NCBI RefSeq assembly: GCF_018350175.1
Contig: NC_058368.1
Coordinates: forward strand, 234,982,001 to 235,046,000
Direction: 5' to 3'
From: Felis catus
Taxonomy: Eukaryota
Length of the DNA: 64,000 nucleotides
In this document: piece by piece, positions 49,287-61,465 of the stretch
Position numbering within the stretch: the stretch's first letter is position 1
Layout: every line of letters begins with the position of its first letter
The notes under the pieces: model-generated
The model's database searches: none
What the model was told of the DNA's origin: nothing
Seen by the model: the letters and a program-made list of their open reading frames with translations, nothing else
Translations under genes and position numbers: made by a program

Positions 49287-50252
49287 GAATTCATTTCATG
49301 TTCACAGTCTCCCCTTCGGGTCTCCAGCTGAGCAGAGAAGGGGTGCTCCCTCGGGAGGCTCTTGCGGCCAGCTGGGGAGGAGACGCCAGCATGGCCATGG
49401 CAGCTGAGAGTCCCTTCCACTCTCGCGTGAGAGTCCCTTCCACCACGATCTGCCACTCAGGTGGTCCCGGAAGAGAAGTCCCAAAGAGCTCCCAGGTTCC
49501 GAGTTGTCCCCCGAGGGTTAGTGACCGGGAGGGAGCAGACGTTCGGCCGGGCTGCTCGGCACAGAAGCATTTGTGAAACAGCAGGTGACTCAGCGGAGGA
49601 CCCGCCGTCTTCCGCCTGTACCTTCTCTTCCGCAGGTGCTTCCAGGGCTTGTCCCGGCATCCCCTGGCTGGGATCCTCGGCACACAGGCGGGTCTGCACA
49701 TCCACATCAAAATCCGTGGCAGAATTCCCCGTGTGCCATACCTGGGGCCAGAGCTTAGATGGCAGCTGGGTAGAAGGATCCCTAGAGACACTGAGTGAAA
49801 TGAGCAAAAGACTCAAAGATACGAGACAGGACCAGCCCGCTTCTCCATTGGAATACCCACGTGGCCCTAGAACTCAGCATCCCAGGGGCCTCTCCTCCAC
49901 CAGCTGCCTGGTCGCTCTCTCCAGGGGGCTTCTTAGAGCATGGATGTAAGTGAGGGCTTCAGACTGGTCTGCACATGGCTCTGGCCAGCCCACAGCTCCC
50001 TCCCGGTATCCTAGATGTTTCTCCCGCCCATCTGAGGGATTCCGAGGTAAGTAAGCAGACTGTTCTGCCCCCTCCTCACTCTTCTAATCCTGTTTGTCTG
50101 ATTCCCACTGTGTGCACAAAGCATCGCTCAGGGCTCATTAAGCAGAGGAGGGTCACGTCCCTGCCTGGAAGGCAGAGGGAATGCATGCCGTTGGTGCAGG
50201 CTGAGCCTTTCACAAAATAAAAATAGCTCCCTCTTGACACAGAAGCCCTTCT

Positions 50253-50455
50253 TTTTTTTAACGTTTAATTTCGAGAGACAGAGAGACAGAGTGCGAGCAG
50301 GGGAGGGGCAGAGAGAGGGAGACACAGAATCCGAAGCGGGCTCCAGGCTCTGAGCCGTCGGCACAGAGCCCGACGCGGGGCTGGAACCCACGAACCGTGA
50401 GATCATGACCTGAGCTGAAGTTGGACGCTCGACCGACAGAGCCCCCAGGCGCCCC
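50253..50455 (-). mobile_element. SINEC_Fc (left member of a same-site pair)
   Basis: Flanked by ACACAGAAGCCCTTCT at 50237-50252 and 50458-50473. Confidence 0.96.
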
Positions 50456-50473
50456 CAACACAGAAGCCCTTCT

Positions 50474-50704
50474 TCTTCTTCTTCTTCTTCTTCTTTTTTT
50501 TAATGTTTATTTACTTTTGAGACAGAGAGAGACAGAGCATGAACAGGGGAGGGGCAGAGAGAGAGGGAGACACAGAATCTGAAACAGGCTCCAGGCTCCG
50601 AGCTGTCAGCACAGAGCCCGACACGGGGCTCGAACTCACGGACCGTGAGATCATGACCTGAGCCGAAGTCGAACATTCAACCGACGGAGCTCCCCAGGCG
50701 CCCC
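50474..50704 (-). mobile_element. SINEC_Fc (right member of a same-site pair) with a (CTT)n tail
   Basis: Flanked by ACACAGAAGCCCTTCT at 50458-50473 and 50707-50722. Confidence 0.96.
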
Positions 50705-52127
50705 CAACACAGAAGCCCTTCTAAGAGCACCTGCAGATGACCACACTCGCCCGTCTTTGTCCCTGTCGGTGGTGCAGTTTGGCGCACGCCCTGCCCACGC
50801 ACGTACCTACACGCATCACTGATGCTGAGCTTCAGACAGAGGTGCGGTTTGTTACAGCCGAGAAGGAAATGGGCGCATTCCTCCTCCCACATGCTGCCCC
50901 ATCTCCTCGAGGCTCGGCAAATGCCGGTGAACGGCTCACTCCTGGGGCACACGCTTCATCTGGGGACCCTGTCGACTTGGCAAACAGTAAGGAAGAACTT
51001 GAAATGTGAAATTCACGGGGAGAGAGAACACCCCTGGGGGCAGGTGTCTGTCCACCGATGCTGCAGGGGGAGGGCAGGGACGCTGCCTGCGGGGCTGAGA
51101 AAGAGGGGGCTTGGCAGGTGAGAGTCTCGGTGCCCCCGGGGTTACACTTCTTTGACCTCAATCTTGCCTGAAAGCAAACCTCCTCCGAAAGCAGGCCAGG
51201 TGCCCTCTCTGGCCCGCGGGCCACCCGTGAGAACCACCCCACGACACAGATGGACATAGATAACCTATGTCATCAAAACTTGGCGTTGATTCATTTTGCT
51301 ATTGTTTTCCCTAATTATTAAAGGGAGTATGTTTACTGTAAAAAGATACTGAAAAACTCGGAAAAATTACAAAGAAAGCAAAAAATCACCTTACCGCCAC
51401 GTGATGACGTCGTTTAACAAAGCAGACAGCTCCCCGCAAGTTCAAGCTCACAGAAATACCCTGTGTGATGTTTAGCAGAAGCCGCACCAAAGTTCCCAAC
51501 CCCAAGGAGTCAGAAGGTAGCTCTTGCTTGTTGAATATGATTTTTCCATAACACACACACAGACCTTCTGTGCTGAGACAGTCTCACTGCTGTGTTTTCA
51601 CCGTTTTCTGAAAAGACAGTTACGCATAAAGGGCACGGGTGCCCGTGTAGTCTGCTGGTCACCAGCGAACATTTGCATATTTGTCAGTAAGTCTGCTACC
51701 TGGGGGCCCCCGTATGCTTCCTGATGACCGCTTGTCCCTTGGGTTACCCTCCTACAGTCGGTCATATCTGCAACTGACATGTGGGGAGCAAGGGAGGCGG
51801 GAGGGGGCCGCGGGGATTCCATTTAACAGGGAACCGAGTCAGACCCGTGAAACCCAGGTCTTCCTGGGACCACTCGAGGTATCTGCTTCAATGCTACGTC
51901 TGTTAGCTTGATTTCAATGGCTGTGTTTATTCTATTTCTCTAACTGCTGAGCAGGTGCAGAATCTCAGCGAGTGGGTTTTCATTGAGTTCTGGAAAGATG
52001 TGGTTGAGAATTGTTGACCTGTGGCCCCGTGGGGCAGCTTTCACGCTATGAGGACGATGCAGGCTGTTGGGTCGCCATTACCCTGACACCACCTCCTCCA
52101 TCACACAGTGAGATATCCCCTGGGGAA

Positions 52128-52228
52128 CAGGTGTCCTGGGACTGACCACTCATGTCCCTGAGGCTTACACACCTGCTCAGGTGTCTTGCCTGACCACTCA
52201 TGTCCCTGAGGCTTACAGGTGTCTTGCC
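52128..52228. repeat. Short tandem duplication, period 48 bp
   Basis: CTGACCACTCATGTCCCTGAGGCTTACA exact at 52142-52169 and 52190-52217. Confidence 0.92.
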
Positions 52229-52749
52229 CACAAATCCATGTCTGTGGGCATGTTGAACTAATGACATAGGTGACAGACACAGGGTGAGGCCTCACCGGAC
52301 GAACAGTCTCAAACCCAAAGCAGGAGAAGCCGGCTGGCCTGGAAGGGGGCGCGACACGGACTCACGTAGGGCCCTGCTCTCCATGTGAGTCCTCCCAGGT
52401 AGGAAAAGTCACAAAATGCAGACAGCAAGTGTAGACTTATATGTGCTGGCCGTGAAGCAGGGCAAATTGAATAAGCCATGGGAGGCCTATGATCTTTTCC
52501 TAGCTAACTCTAAGAAGGGCCTGGAGATGCCCCTGCATCTAGAATTACATGCCACTAAACAGTGACTCCTACTTCATGTAAATGCTCTCAAGAAGCTTAA
52601 TTTACTACAAGAAAAAAAAAACTTATATTCATACCAGTGAAAGATCTTTTAATTAGTTCTGAGATGGTAACAGGGATTTTAGAAGCTTCTTTTCTATTTC
52701 CTGTTCTAAGTCTATTAATAAAAAACAGATACACACAAACACACACACG

Positions 52750-52837
52750 GATGGATAAATAGACTGATAAAAAGACAGGTAGATGGATGGATAGGTAGAT
52801 AGATAATGGATGGATAGAGAATGGATGGATAGATAGA
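52750..52837. repeat. Degenerate (GGAT/GATA)n tetranucleotide repeat
   Basis: AGATGGATGGATAGGTAGATAGATAATGGATGGATAG... Confidence 0.85.
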
Positions 52838-54477
52838 GCATAGGTCAAAGCTTCTTCGAAATAAATAATTGGCAGAATTTTGCAAACCAATCGATGATAT
52901 CTGAATCCTTAGGGAATCTATCCACGGATTGGTTTTAGCAGGATGGAGCTGGTTCACTAGGATGGCTTATGGAAAAAAGACCTGGAAAGTGTGGGTTTAT
53001 GGGGCATGGCTCCCTGGAAAATGTCATGGAAGTGGCAGAACTGAGTATAAAATAGAAGTGTTTTCTGACCAAATGCAGCCTTTCTGATTACGAAATATAG
53101 CTCTATGTATTATTTAGGGGTTTCATATATCTGGGAACAGTGAGACATAAGCAAGGGCCCCAGACCTCTGCCTGCTCTGTCTCTGTCTTGTGATTACTTG
53201 TATCCTCAAAATTACTCAGAAAGCTTCACGCTGGGTAACATTGCTGATTCATGGGAGTTTAATTTCCAAAACGAGTTTTTGTGTTATCTCGAAACAGACA
53301 GTAATAACAATTACCAGTTAAGTACCTAGCCTGTATTAAATTCTCACACAATAAATATTGTAAAAGAGGTTAAGCCCCCAAATAAAAACATGGCCCAATA
53401 TTATCTTTATGAAATGAAAAAGGCATTTCAAATATTATGGTCTGTACATTTTCCAATAACAGAGGCGGTTGAGTTAAATGCCTCCTTCGAGCGTCTCGTG
53501 ACGTTTCCTCTGTAAAATGTACATTCACTGGGTTTATTAATAACAGTGTCTGAAAGGCTGAGAACATGTTGGTTTCTCCATGCAACATATTGAGATACAT
53601 TTAATTTCATTCGATTAATTGTTATAAGGCTAGTTTAAGTTTGTAATTGAAATATTATCTTCTTAATAAAAGAAAGGGTTTTTTTTTTTCATTCAGAATG
53701 ATTAACACTTAAATGAAGCTAATAAAAGTGATACTGTGGGATCCTGATGTGGGAGAAGTGTTAATAAAGATGCAATTAGCCAGCATCTCCTGTGTAAAGG
53801 AAGCAGAAACGAAGAGGAAGAAAATGTCTCTCTCAGCCCCTTCCCTGGCCTTATCTCCCCTAAGCCTGGGCACGGTGGCCTCTGAGGGGCTGATGCTCCA
53901 GACTGTTCATCCAAACACGAGATGTGAAACGAGGCCAAGGACAGCTGGGAGGAGAGGAAGTTCCGGGGAGGGAGAGTGAAGGTCCTGTTCCTGATGACCG
54001 CATCTGAGTCCGTCCCTACAGAGGCTGTGGGCTGGGCCTGTCTGTACCTGTGGGTCTGTAGCTGTACGTGACCTCCGGGGCAGGTTCTGGTCCAGTCATG
54101 GTGAAGTGTGAAAAAGCCAGCCCTAAGCCACCACGTCCCGCAGGATTGATAGCCAGGCCCTCGGGGACAACTAGGACACGATCTGTAGTCCTCTATGGAC
54201 ATTATGAGCCCTGGGAAGGTGGTTTTGATTCTTCAGTCAATGAGGGTGCTGGCTCAACTTCGTTTTCGCAGGGCCTCACATGAGAGGCTCCTTGCTTGCC
54301 TGTACCCCTCGTACGTCCGTGGTTCTCTGAGGTCCTTTTGTGGGGTGGGCTATATCTCAGCACCAAGTGACAAAGCCACAGAGTCTGACAGTGCCTAGGA
54401 GAATCTGGATAAGGTCCTGCAGAGACACCTTATGCCCTTGCTTCCGTTCCACGCTCAGATTTTAAAACCCCAGGAGA

Positions 54478-54600
54478 GGGGCACCTGGCCGGCTCAGAGG
54501 AGCTCGTGACTCTTAACCTCGGGGTCATGAGTTCGAGCCCCACATTCAGTGCAGAGATCACTTGAATAAATAAAACTTTAAAAAATAATAATAAAATAAA
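54478..54600 (+). mobile_element. Short Can-SINE variant without CT tract (Fc3/old type)
   Basis: GGGGCACCTGGCCGGCTCAG...GGGGTCATGAGTTCGAGCCCCAC...GCAGAGATCACTT plus A-rich tail; TSD TAAAACCCCAGGAGA (54463-54477, 54601-54615). Confidence 0.92.
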
Positions 54601-54898
54601 TAAAACCCCAGGAGAGAAATACAAGTGAATACATTTACAGCAACCTAAAGACACAGAACGCAGAAGCGGAGGGCTCGATGTGGGCAGGACGCCACTCACT
54701 ATTACACTGTTTCCATCACCGACAAAAATAGATTCAAGCAAATCCCATCCCAAGTCGTTAGCTGACAGTCCAGATCACACAGTTTGGTCATTTGTGATGG
54801 GTGTTCAAGCCGTCCATTCGAATTACCCGGGCACCTCCTCAGTCTTACTAATTTAAGTTTTTGGGAAGATGAAAAAGAATCTTGAGTTTGTCGAGCAG

Positions 54899-55289
54899 TG
54901 GTAAAGAAAAACTACTCTTGCACTTGTTAAAAATAGCCAAGACATTATTCAAGACCATCGCAATAGGGGGAGAGGAGTGGCTATGCTCCGGATTCAGCAA
55001 AGGCAACTGGGTGTTTTCAGCCAAGGAGCAGAGTGAGGGGTCAGGGGGTGGGAAATTCCTAAGACAGGACCCTGACGGTAGGGGTCTCTTGCTAATTCAA
55101 CTCAATAAGATTCTTGCTAAAGGTTTGCAGGGTGATCGGTTACCAGGGTGGGGGTTGTCTCTGCACCGACTTAGCCAGATCTTTGCCGAAATTGGGTTAT
55201 GCAAGGCAGGGAGCCAAGATGGAGGCCTCGCCAATAAGAGGGCTCAGAGGAGCCTGACTGAAGTTGGGTCAAGGAAGCAGTCTTTTTCA
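54899..55289 (-). mobile_element. ERV1 solo LTR (MER31/MER67-like)
   Basis: TG...CA termini; right end AAGAGGGCTCAGAGGAGCCTGACTGAAGTTGGGTCAAGGAAGCAGTCTTTTTCA is the reverse complement of the MER31-family 5' end. Confidence 0.8.
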
Positions 55290-56989
55290 CATGTTAGAAA
55301 TGCAGCTAAGAACGCAAGGGCATAATCTGTGGGTCTGGCTTTGCTTCAGACTGTGGTCCTCCTCTGTCATTTCCACCTCTCACATTTTATAGGACCATGT
55401 CCATCGTCGCCATCAGAGTACCCCGCAGCCAGGCAAGGGAAACGGCATTGTCCTTTCCCGTCTCAGTGCCTGTCTGCCCACGTAGCTTCACCATGACGTC
55501 ACCCCCAGCCAGTGCCCGCACGTGCCAGGAGCTCATGCTTCTCTGTTGAGCGGGTGATGAGTGGATAACTGAAGATCACGTGATTTGGAGGGCATGGAGA
55601 CTATTCCAGACACCTCTATACTGACACCGATTCTGAGCCATTATTATTAGGCTTGGGGGGAACTCGAACATACAACCACACTCAGTGACGCTTTGCAAAC
55701 GAGGCCACTCGATCATACCAACATAAATAAGTCACCTCAGGGATTTTTCTGTGACTATTTTCTCCTCATCTTGCGCACCCTGCACCCTCAACCCCAAATA
55801 ACCTCTCTCCACATGGGGAAAAAAAATCACCAAACTTCAGTTCCAGAGCTTCTGAGGCTATCGATCTTTAAAGTCCTACAGATTTTGCGACATATTCTCT
55901 TATCCTTCGTTGTCATTGGCTGTGTCTGTCTGGAGCTGTACAGATTGTCCTTGCAGAAGCTCGTTAGCTGTCATGTCCTTCGATCTTGTGTCCCCGTGAC
56001 CTGCTCACACACATCCCCTCGACAGAAGGTCCGGCTGTGAACTCGGTGCTTTTTTCCACTCCCGTACATCATTTCAGCTACTTTTAGTTTCCGGCTGTCC
56101 TGGGCTGTATTAGACACCACGGAGAGAGCATTTTGGTTTCTGCCGCTCACAACGATTTCATTTCAACCCACGACGATTTTTGTCCGTGTTGGCAATGAAT
56201 GTGCATTGATAAGAAAGAGCTGTAGAAATACACTAATTGAGTTATTAGTATATCCCGTGTGCTAGAAAAACCTCGCGCCGTTCCTACTCTACTATGTTAA
56301 ACACCTGATTTGTCATCTTTCGTGATCACATACTTGGATTAGCTCGGGTGTTCGGCTCTGCTACTTAAAATGAATCACACAGAAGCGCTTGCCTGAACAC
56401 CCGTGGGAATAGTTCATAAAACCCTGCACAGTAGACACAGAAAGAGCTAGACTTTCATCTGCAACCTGTGCCATGGCCAAGGACGTCTGCCTGACATCCA
56501 AGGCAGACGTGTGGCGCCCCAAGGGGACAGAGACATTACGGCATCATGTGCCTGGCCTCTGCCCTTACTGCTTCCCACCTGAACCCACGGAGGACAATGT
56601 GAAAATGGACTCCGGTTCCTGAGCCTGAGAAATAATCAGCCAGACAAACTACACGTGGGTACCCCTGACATGGCCCGTCACTTCACTATTAGGTGCTGCT
56701 GCGAGATGTTTCAGATCACACTCTGGATTAAAACCAGGAATCCAACTACCCAAACTTTAGCCCTTCCTGTCTTAAAAGCAAAGATGCTTTCATCATTAAA
56801 AGAAAAGTACTGTGGTTTCTTTCCTTGGAAAAGAATTGCAGGATCCCTTATTAGAGGTGACGTAACTGCCTCGTGAATATTATTGAAGAGTGTCAGGGTC
56901 CAGGATGACAATTACTAACATTGTAGGCCCGGCTTGGAGCCAGAGAGAAACACGCTCTGGTCAAATGGCAGGCATCCACATCGGCTAAT

Positions 56990-57220
56990 AATCTTAGCGA
57001 ACCTTGATTAAATAACCTAGATGCCTTACACACCTCGTTTCCTTTAACGTTTGTAACAGGTGTATGAGGTCATTACTAGCAACTGCTTTTTCACAAAAGA
57101 AGAAAACGGGCCTCAGGGAAGTTCATTTGCCTATTGAGTGCTCTAGAAAGACAGTGACTGGATACAGCCCCACATGAGCTGAGAAGCTCAGAGTTTGCAG
57201 TCGAGCATTATTATCCTCTC
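56990..57220 (-). mobile_element. MIR relic
   Basis: GATGCCTTACACACCTCGTTTCCTTTAA...TATGAGGTCATTACTAG...TTTTCACAAAAGAAGAAAACGGGCCTCAGGGAAGTTCATTTGCC. Confidence 0.65.
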
Positions 57221-58038
57221 ACCTTTGAGCCCGCGACGATGCGATGACTGTCTTTGTACAAGATTACCCTGATCACCACCTTGTCAGAGCTCCTTAAGAA
57301 CGAGTGTGCCTGAGGTGTGGTCATACAAGCATTTCGACAGCATTACTGAGCTCCTGTTAGGAGCTAGAGACATTCACACACCAGAGTTGTTGTATAAGGT
57401 TCTGAATATAGACACATGTGAGACAGTAATGATGCATGGTGTAAAAGTATGAAGTGCTATGGATTCCCAGAAGGGAGATAAGGGGTTAAGAGCAAAAGGG
57501 GGTGTGCAACATGGAAGGTGCCAATGGAGGCCGAAGGGAGCACTTATCATCAAGAGACAAGCAGAGACAGAGGCTGCCAGGAAAGAAAATAACGTGGCTC
57601 GCAAGGAGATACCAGGAAGTCCAATGTGTAGAAGGATCCCCCATGAAAAACTTCATTTCAGAACCCTCAGGTATTTAAAAGAAGGAAATAAAAACTACCA
57701 GTTTCATGGTTAATGTAATCACGGTGGGTACATAGCAGTTTTCTTACATGATTTCTACCTTCTTGTGGTTCTGATGTATCTTCACGCATGGGTATTGCAA
57801 TAGTAGGAAAAAGCATGTTTTCACCAAGGAGACAGTAAGTTACAGGAAAACCTCACAGTATCATTTATTTGGGGGACGAGTGTTTTCCAGGTGACCTTGT
57901 TATTTTTATTGTACCTCAGGGTGCAAAGTGTAATTGTCTCCGAATGTGGCACGTGTTGTGAATGCCCGTGGATGATGGCAACAAGACAAGGGGTCACTCA
58001 CGCTCTGCAGTCCCACCTTGTGATCAACTGTCCGCCTC

Positions 58039-58487
58039 TGTATCAGTTAGCTATTGCTGCATAACAACCACCTACCTACCAAACCAGTGCTTTAGAACAG
58101 GAGATATGTACCATTGCTCACATGTCTGTGGGCCTTCTAGGGTTCTGCTGATCTACACTGGGCTTGGCGGGATGGCTGCACTTCACACAGTGGATCTGTG
58201 GGCGAGATGTACCCCCACGCCTTCCCCTGGAGCCAAAGCTGAGAGGCCACCAGTTACCTATGGAAGCTGTCCTCGTGGCAACAGCAGAGGCAGCATGGTG
58301 AGTGGAAATGTGTGAGGCATCCAGTGGCTCAGAACTGTAACGCGGTCACTTCTGCTGAAATGCCATCAGCCAAAGCAAAGCATGTGGCCGAGTCCCTGCC
58401 AAGAGACAGGGAAATACATGCTGTCCGTGATGAGGCCATGGAGGGTAGATATGGGTGACGAATTTGGGGCATAATGCAGTCTACCGT
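58039..58487 (-). mobile_element. MaLR solo LTR (MLT1I/J-like)
   Basis: TGTATCAGTTAGCTATTGCTGCATAACAACCAC start; GGTCACTTCTGCTGAAATGCCATCAGCCAAAGCAAAGCATGTGGCCGAGTCC; ATGCAGTCTACC end. Confidence 0.85.
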
Positions 58488-59848
58488 AGCTTTTAGGCTG
58501 TGGCTTCGACGGTGCCATTTTCTGATTTTCTGATTGTATTTGGCTAGTTTATGGTTTGTTTTACTTCCACTGTGATTGACCAGTTACAAAAGATGTTGAT
58601 TAGTATATAAACACAGCCTTATATGGTTTAAGAGGTAGATCTATACAACTTTAAGACAAAGAATTACCTTCTTTCACGAGGCTCTGTAAAACCTAGGATT
58701 GTAGTTGTTTGTTAGAATTAGTTTTATTGTAACTGTCAGTTTATCTACTGAAATCAAACATGAAAAAGCATCTAATTCACCACGGATCTGTTTTTCTTTT
58801 AATACCTTTAAGTTTCAGGGAGGCTTCTTTCTTTGAGGTTATAAAATTTGTCAATGTTCCTGCCCTGCCCAGAAGTGACAATACTTGCTAGCATAAGGCC
58901 GGGGTTCCACGGATCATAGAAGGTACCATCCAGCATTCCTGGGACATCTCTGCTAACATCCTGTCCACATCTGAAGAGCAGTCCTTGTTCTGGAGTTGTA
59001 GGCTTTTCATAATTACTTACAGGAGGGTTCTGGCACAGTCACGGTTAAAATTACATTCTGATTGAAAGGAGAAAAGCTTAGTGTTGACCTATGTAAATAA
59101 CTACGTGATCATGAAACGTAAAGAGATTTAGAAAAATTGTTTGCATTATACATAACCATTGGCATCATTTTTTTGTAAAAGCCTGTAGACACAGACAATT
59201 ACTATCTATAATTATCTTCTAGTGGAATTGTTATACTTAAGCATACTAACAATGTATTAGCTTATGATTTCATACACAGAATTTCATAAGATTTCTTTCC
59301 TCAATTCTGAAGGATTAGCTTGAACAATATATTCTTTAAAGAATGTTTCATTTCAGTTTGTACCACCAAGGTCCATTTAACTTAGTGTTAGAGACAGAGA
59401 AAAAAGAAGACTTCTCATAAGCTTATTAAAAACAGAATTTTAATCCCAATTAAATTCATTCTTTTAAGTCCATTTCATCCTGTATAATTTTTTTTTTTAT
59501 AGTGACGACTCTGTGTTAAACAGATGACTTTCATAAGCCGTCTGTTTCTGGAATGAGTCCTGGGAGTTCTCACTTGTCCCAGGATACGACATAAAGAGGT
59601 TTGTTCCCTGGGACGATGTCAGCTTTCCCCATGAAGACTGCATCCTTAAGTAGAGTCACTGTAATACGAAGGGTCAGGAGCCCCCTTTAGTCGTTTACTA
59701 TGGTTCTTTTGATGTTTCTTCAGAAGATTCAAGATCCAGTTATCACACATGGCCAAGGCCTTCAGGCAAGTGTAAGGAAATAAGAAACCACCCGTTGACA
59801 GGGCTCAGCAAGGTGGGATGAGTCTGGTAAACTGACTACAACCAACCC

Positions 59849-60409
59849 CAGTGGACCCTTAAGCAGGGTTGCTACACCAGTCTGCTTATGCCTACACGTT
59901 TTCCAGGAAATACAGGGTAGGACTGTCAATGTATTTTCTCTTCTTTATTATTTTCTTTTTCTTTAATTTTTTTAAACATTTATTTATTTTCAAGAGACAG
60001 AGAGACACAATGCGAGGAGGGAAGTGCAGAGAGAGAGGGAGACAGAATCCGAAGCAGGCTCCAGGCTCTGAGCTGTCAGCGCAGAGCCCAACGGGGGGCT
60101 CGAACCCACCAACAGCGAGATCATGACCTGAGCTGAAGTCGGACGCTTAACCGACTGAACCACCCGGGCGCCCCTTCTTTATTATTTTCTTAATAACATT
60201 TTATTTTCTCTAGATTACTGTAAGAACACAGTATATAATCCTTAAAACATACCAAGTATGCATTAGTCAATTGTTTACGTTATCGGTAAGGCTTCTCTGA
60301 TCAATAGTAGGCTATTAGTTACATTTTGGAGGACTCAGAAGTTACACAGAGATTTTCAACTGCACGGGGGTTGGTGCCCTTAACTCCTGCGTTGTTTAGG
60401 GGTTGACTG
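59849..60409 (+). mobile_element. Non-autonomous Tigger1 derivative (Tigger1a_Car-like), interrupted by a SINE
   Basis: Degenerate TIRs CAGTGGACCCTTAAGCA / TGTTTAGGGGTTGACTG; internal GTTATCGGTAAGGCTTC...CAATAGTAGGCTATTAGT is the Tigger1 3' end. Confidence 0.88.
59958..60173 (-). mobile_element. SINEC_Fc inside the Tigger element
   Basis: TSD CTTCTTTATTATTTTCTT (59940-59957, 60174-60191). Confidence 0.96.
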
Positions 60410-61465
60410 TGTATCCAAATGGAGGAGAGGGGTTACTCCTTTGAAGGACACGCTTAATGGAATGGTAAGAAATAAATAAAAAGAACATCTAAGATGATGA
60501 GTCTATCAAGGTCAGTGAGGACACTGGAGATAGTGAGTCTGTGGAGGTCAGTGAGGACACCGGCAGATCTCCAGAAATTTAATGTATCCCATCCATCCTG
60601 TCTGATTGCCCACCACTGACAGGTGCACGTGACTATCCAGACTGCGAAAACACAGGCTGAAATACCTTCACAGGCTGAAATACCTTCATGTTAATGACTT
60701 ATTTTGCTCCAGTTATGTTAGAGAGTAGCTTCCAGCTGATGTGCCTATTCTCCTAGTGCTGGTTCAGTGGCCAGGAGAGCTCCAACAAGGGAACGGGGAG
60801 GAGTGAAACTCCGGAGGATGGCAAGCCAGCCCAGTTATTTCTAGCACCGTCCTTCTATAAAGTAAAGGAGTTGATCTTTCCTGGGACCCAGCCGCCATCA
60901 GGAAAGCCCTGAAGAGAATTAAAATAAAAAAGACTTCTTGAAAGCTTTCTTATTCCAAAGTTGGGGCATAAATTTGGAGAAGTCAGTAAATAAACCTAAG
61001 TCATTAATACTTAGAGGCCAGAAGTAAAGTCTCGATCTCGAATTAAAGAAAACAAAACAGAACACTAGAGCAGGTAACCATCACCATTAGGGATTTAGCT
61101 TTTTGTAACAACAACAACAGCAACAATAATAATAGCAACTTTGGATCAAAAATAATTCATGAACATCACAGAAAGGGGAAAAGTTAACATAATTTGGTGC
61201 TAATAAAGGATTCTGTTACCAAGGTGGAGAATAACACTTATAGTTCCTATCTAGAGCAGAATGTATATTAACATACTCAAAGGTCAAATCGCCACTTAGC
61301 AGAAAGGAAATCCAAATTTAATTTTTCTTTTTCTATGCCATTTGTGCGATAATTTGCAGACAAGCTTTTACAAGCCTTTTTCTCATTTTATAATTACACT
61401 CACGGACGGCAAACTTTGTCAAAACTTTAACACATCTCACTGCTCCTTTTAAATGTATTCGTCGT

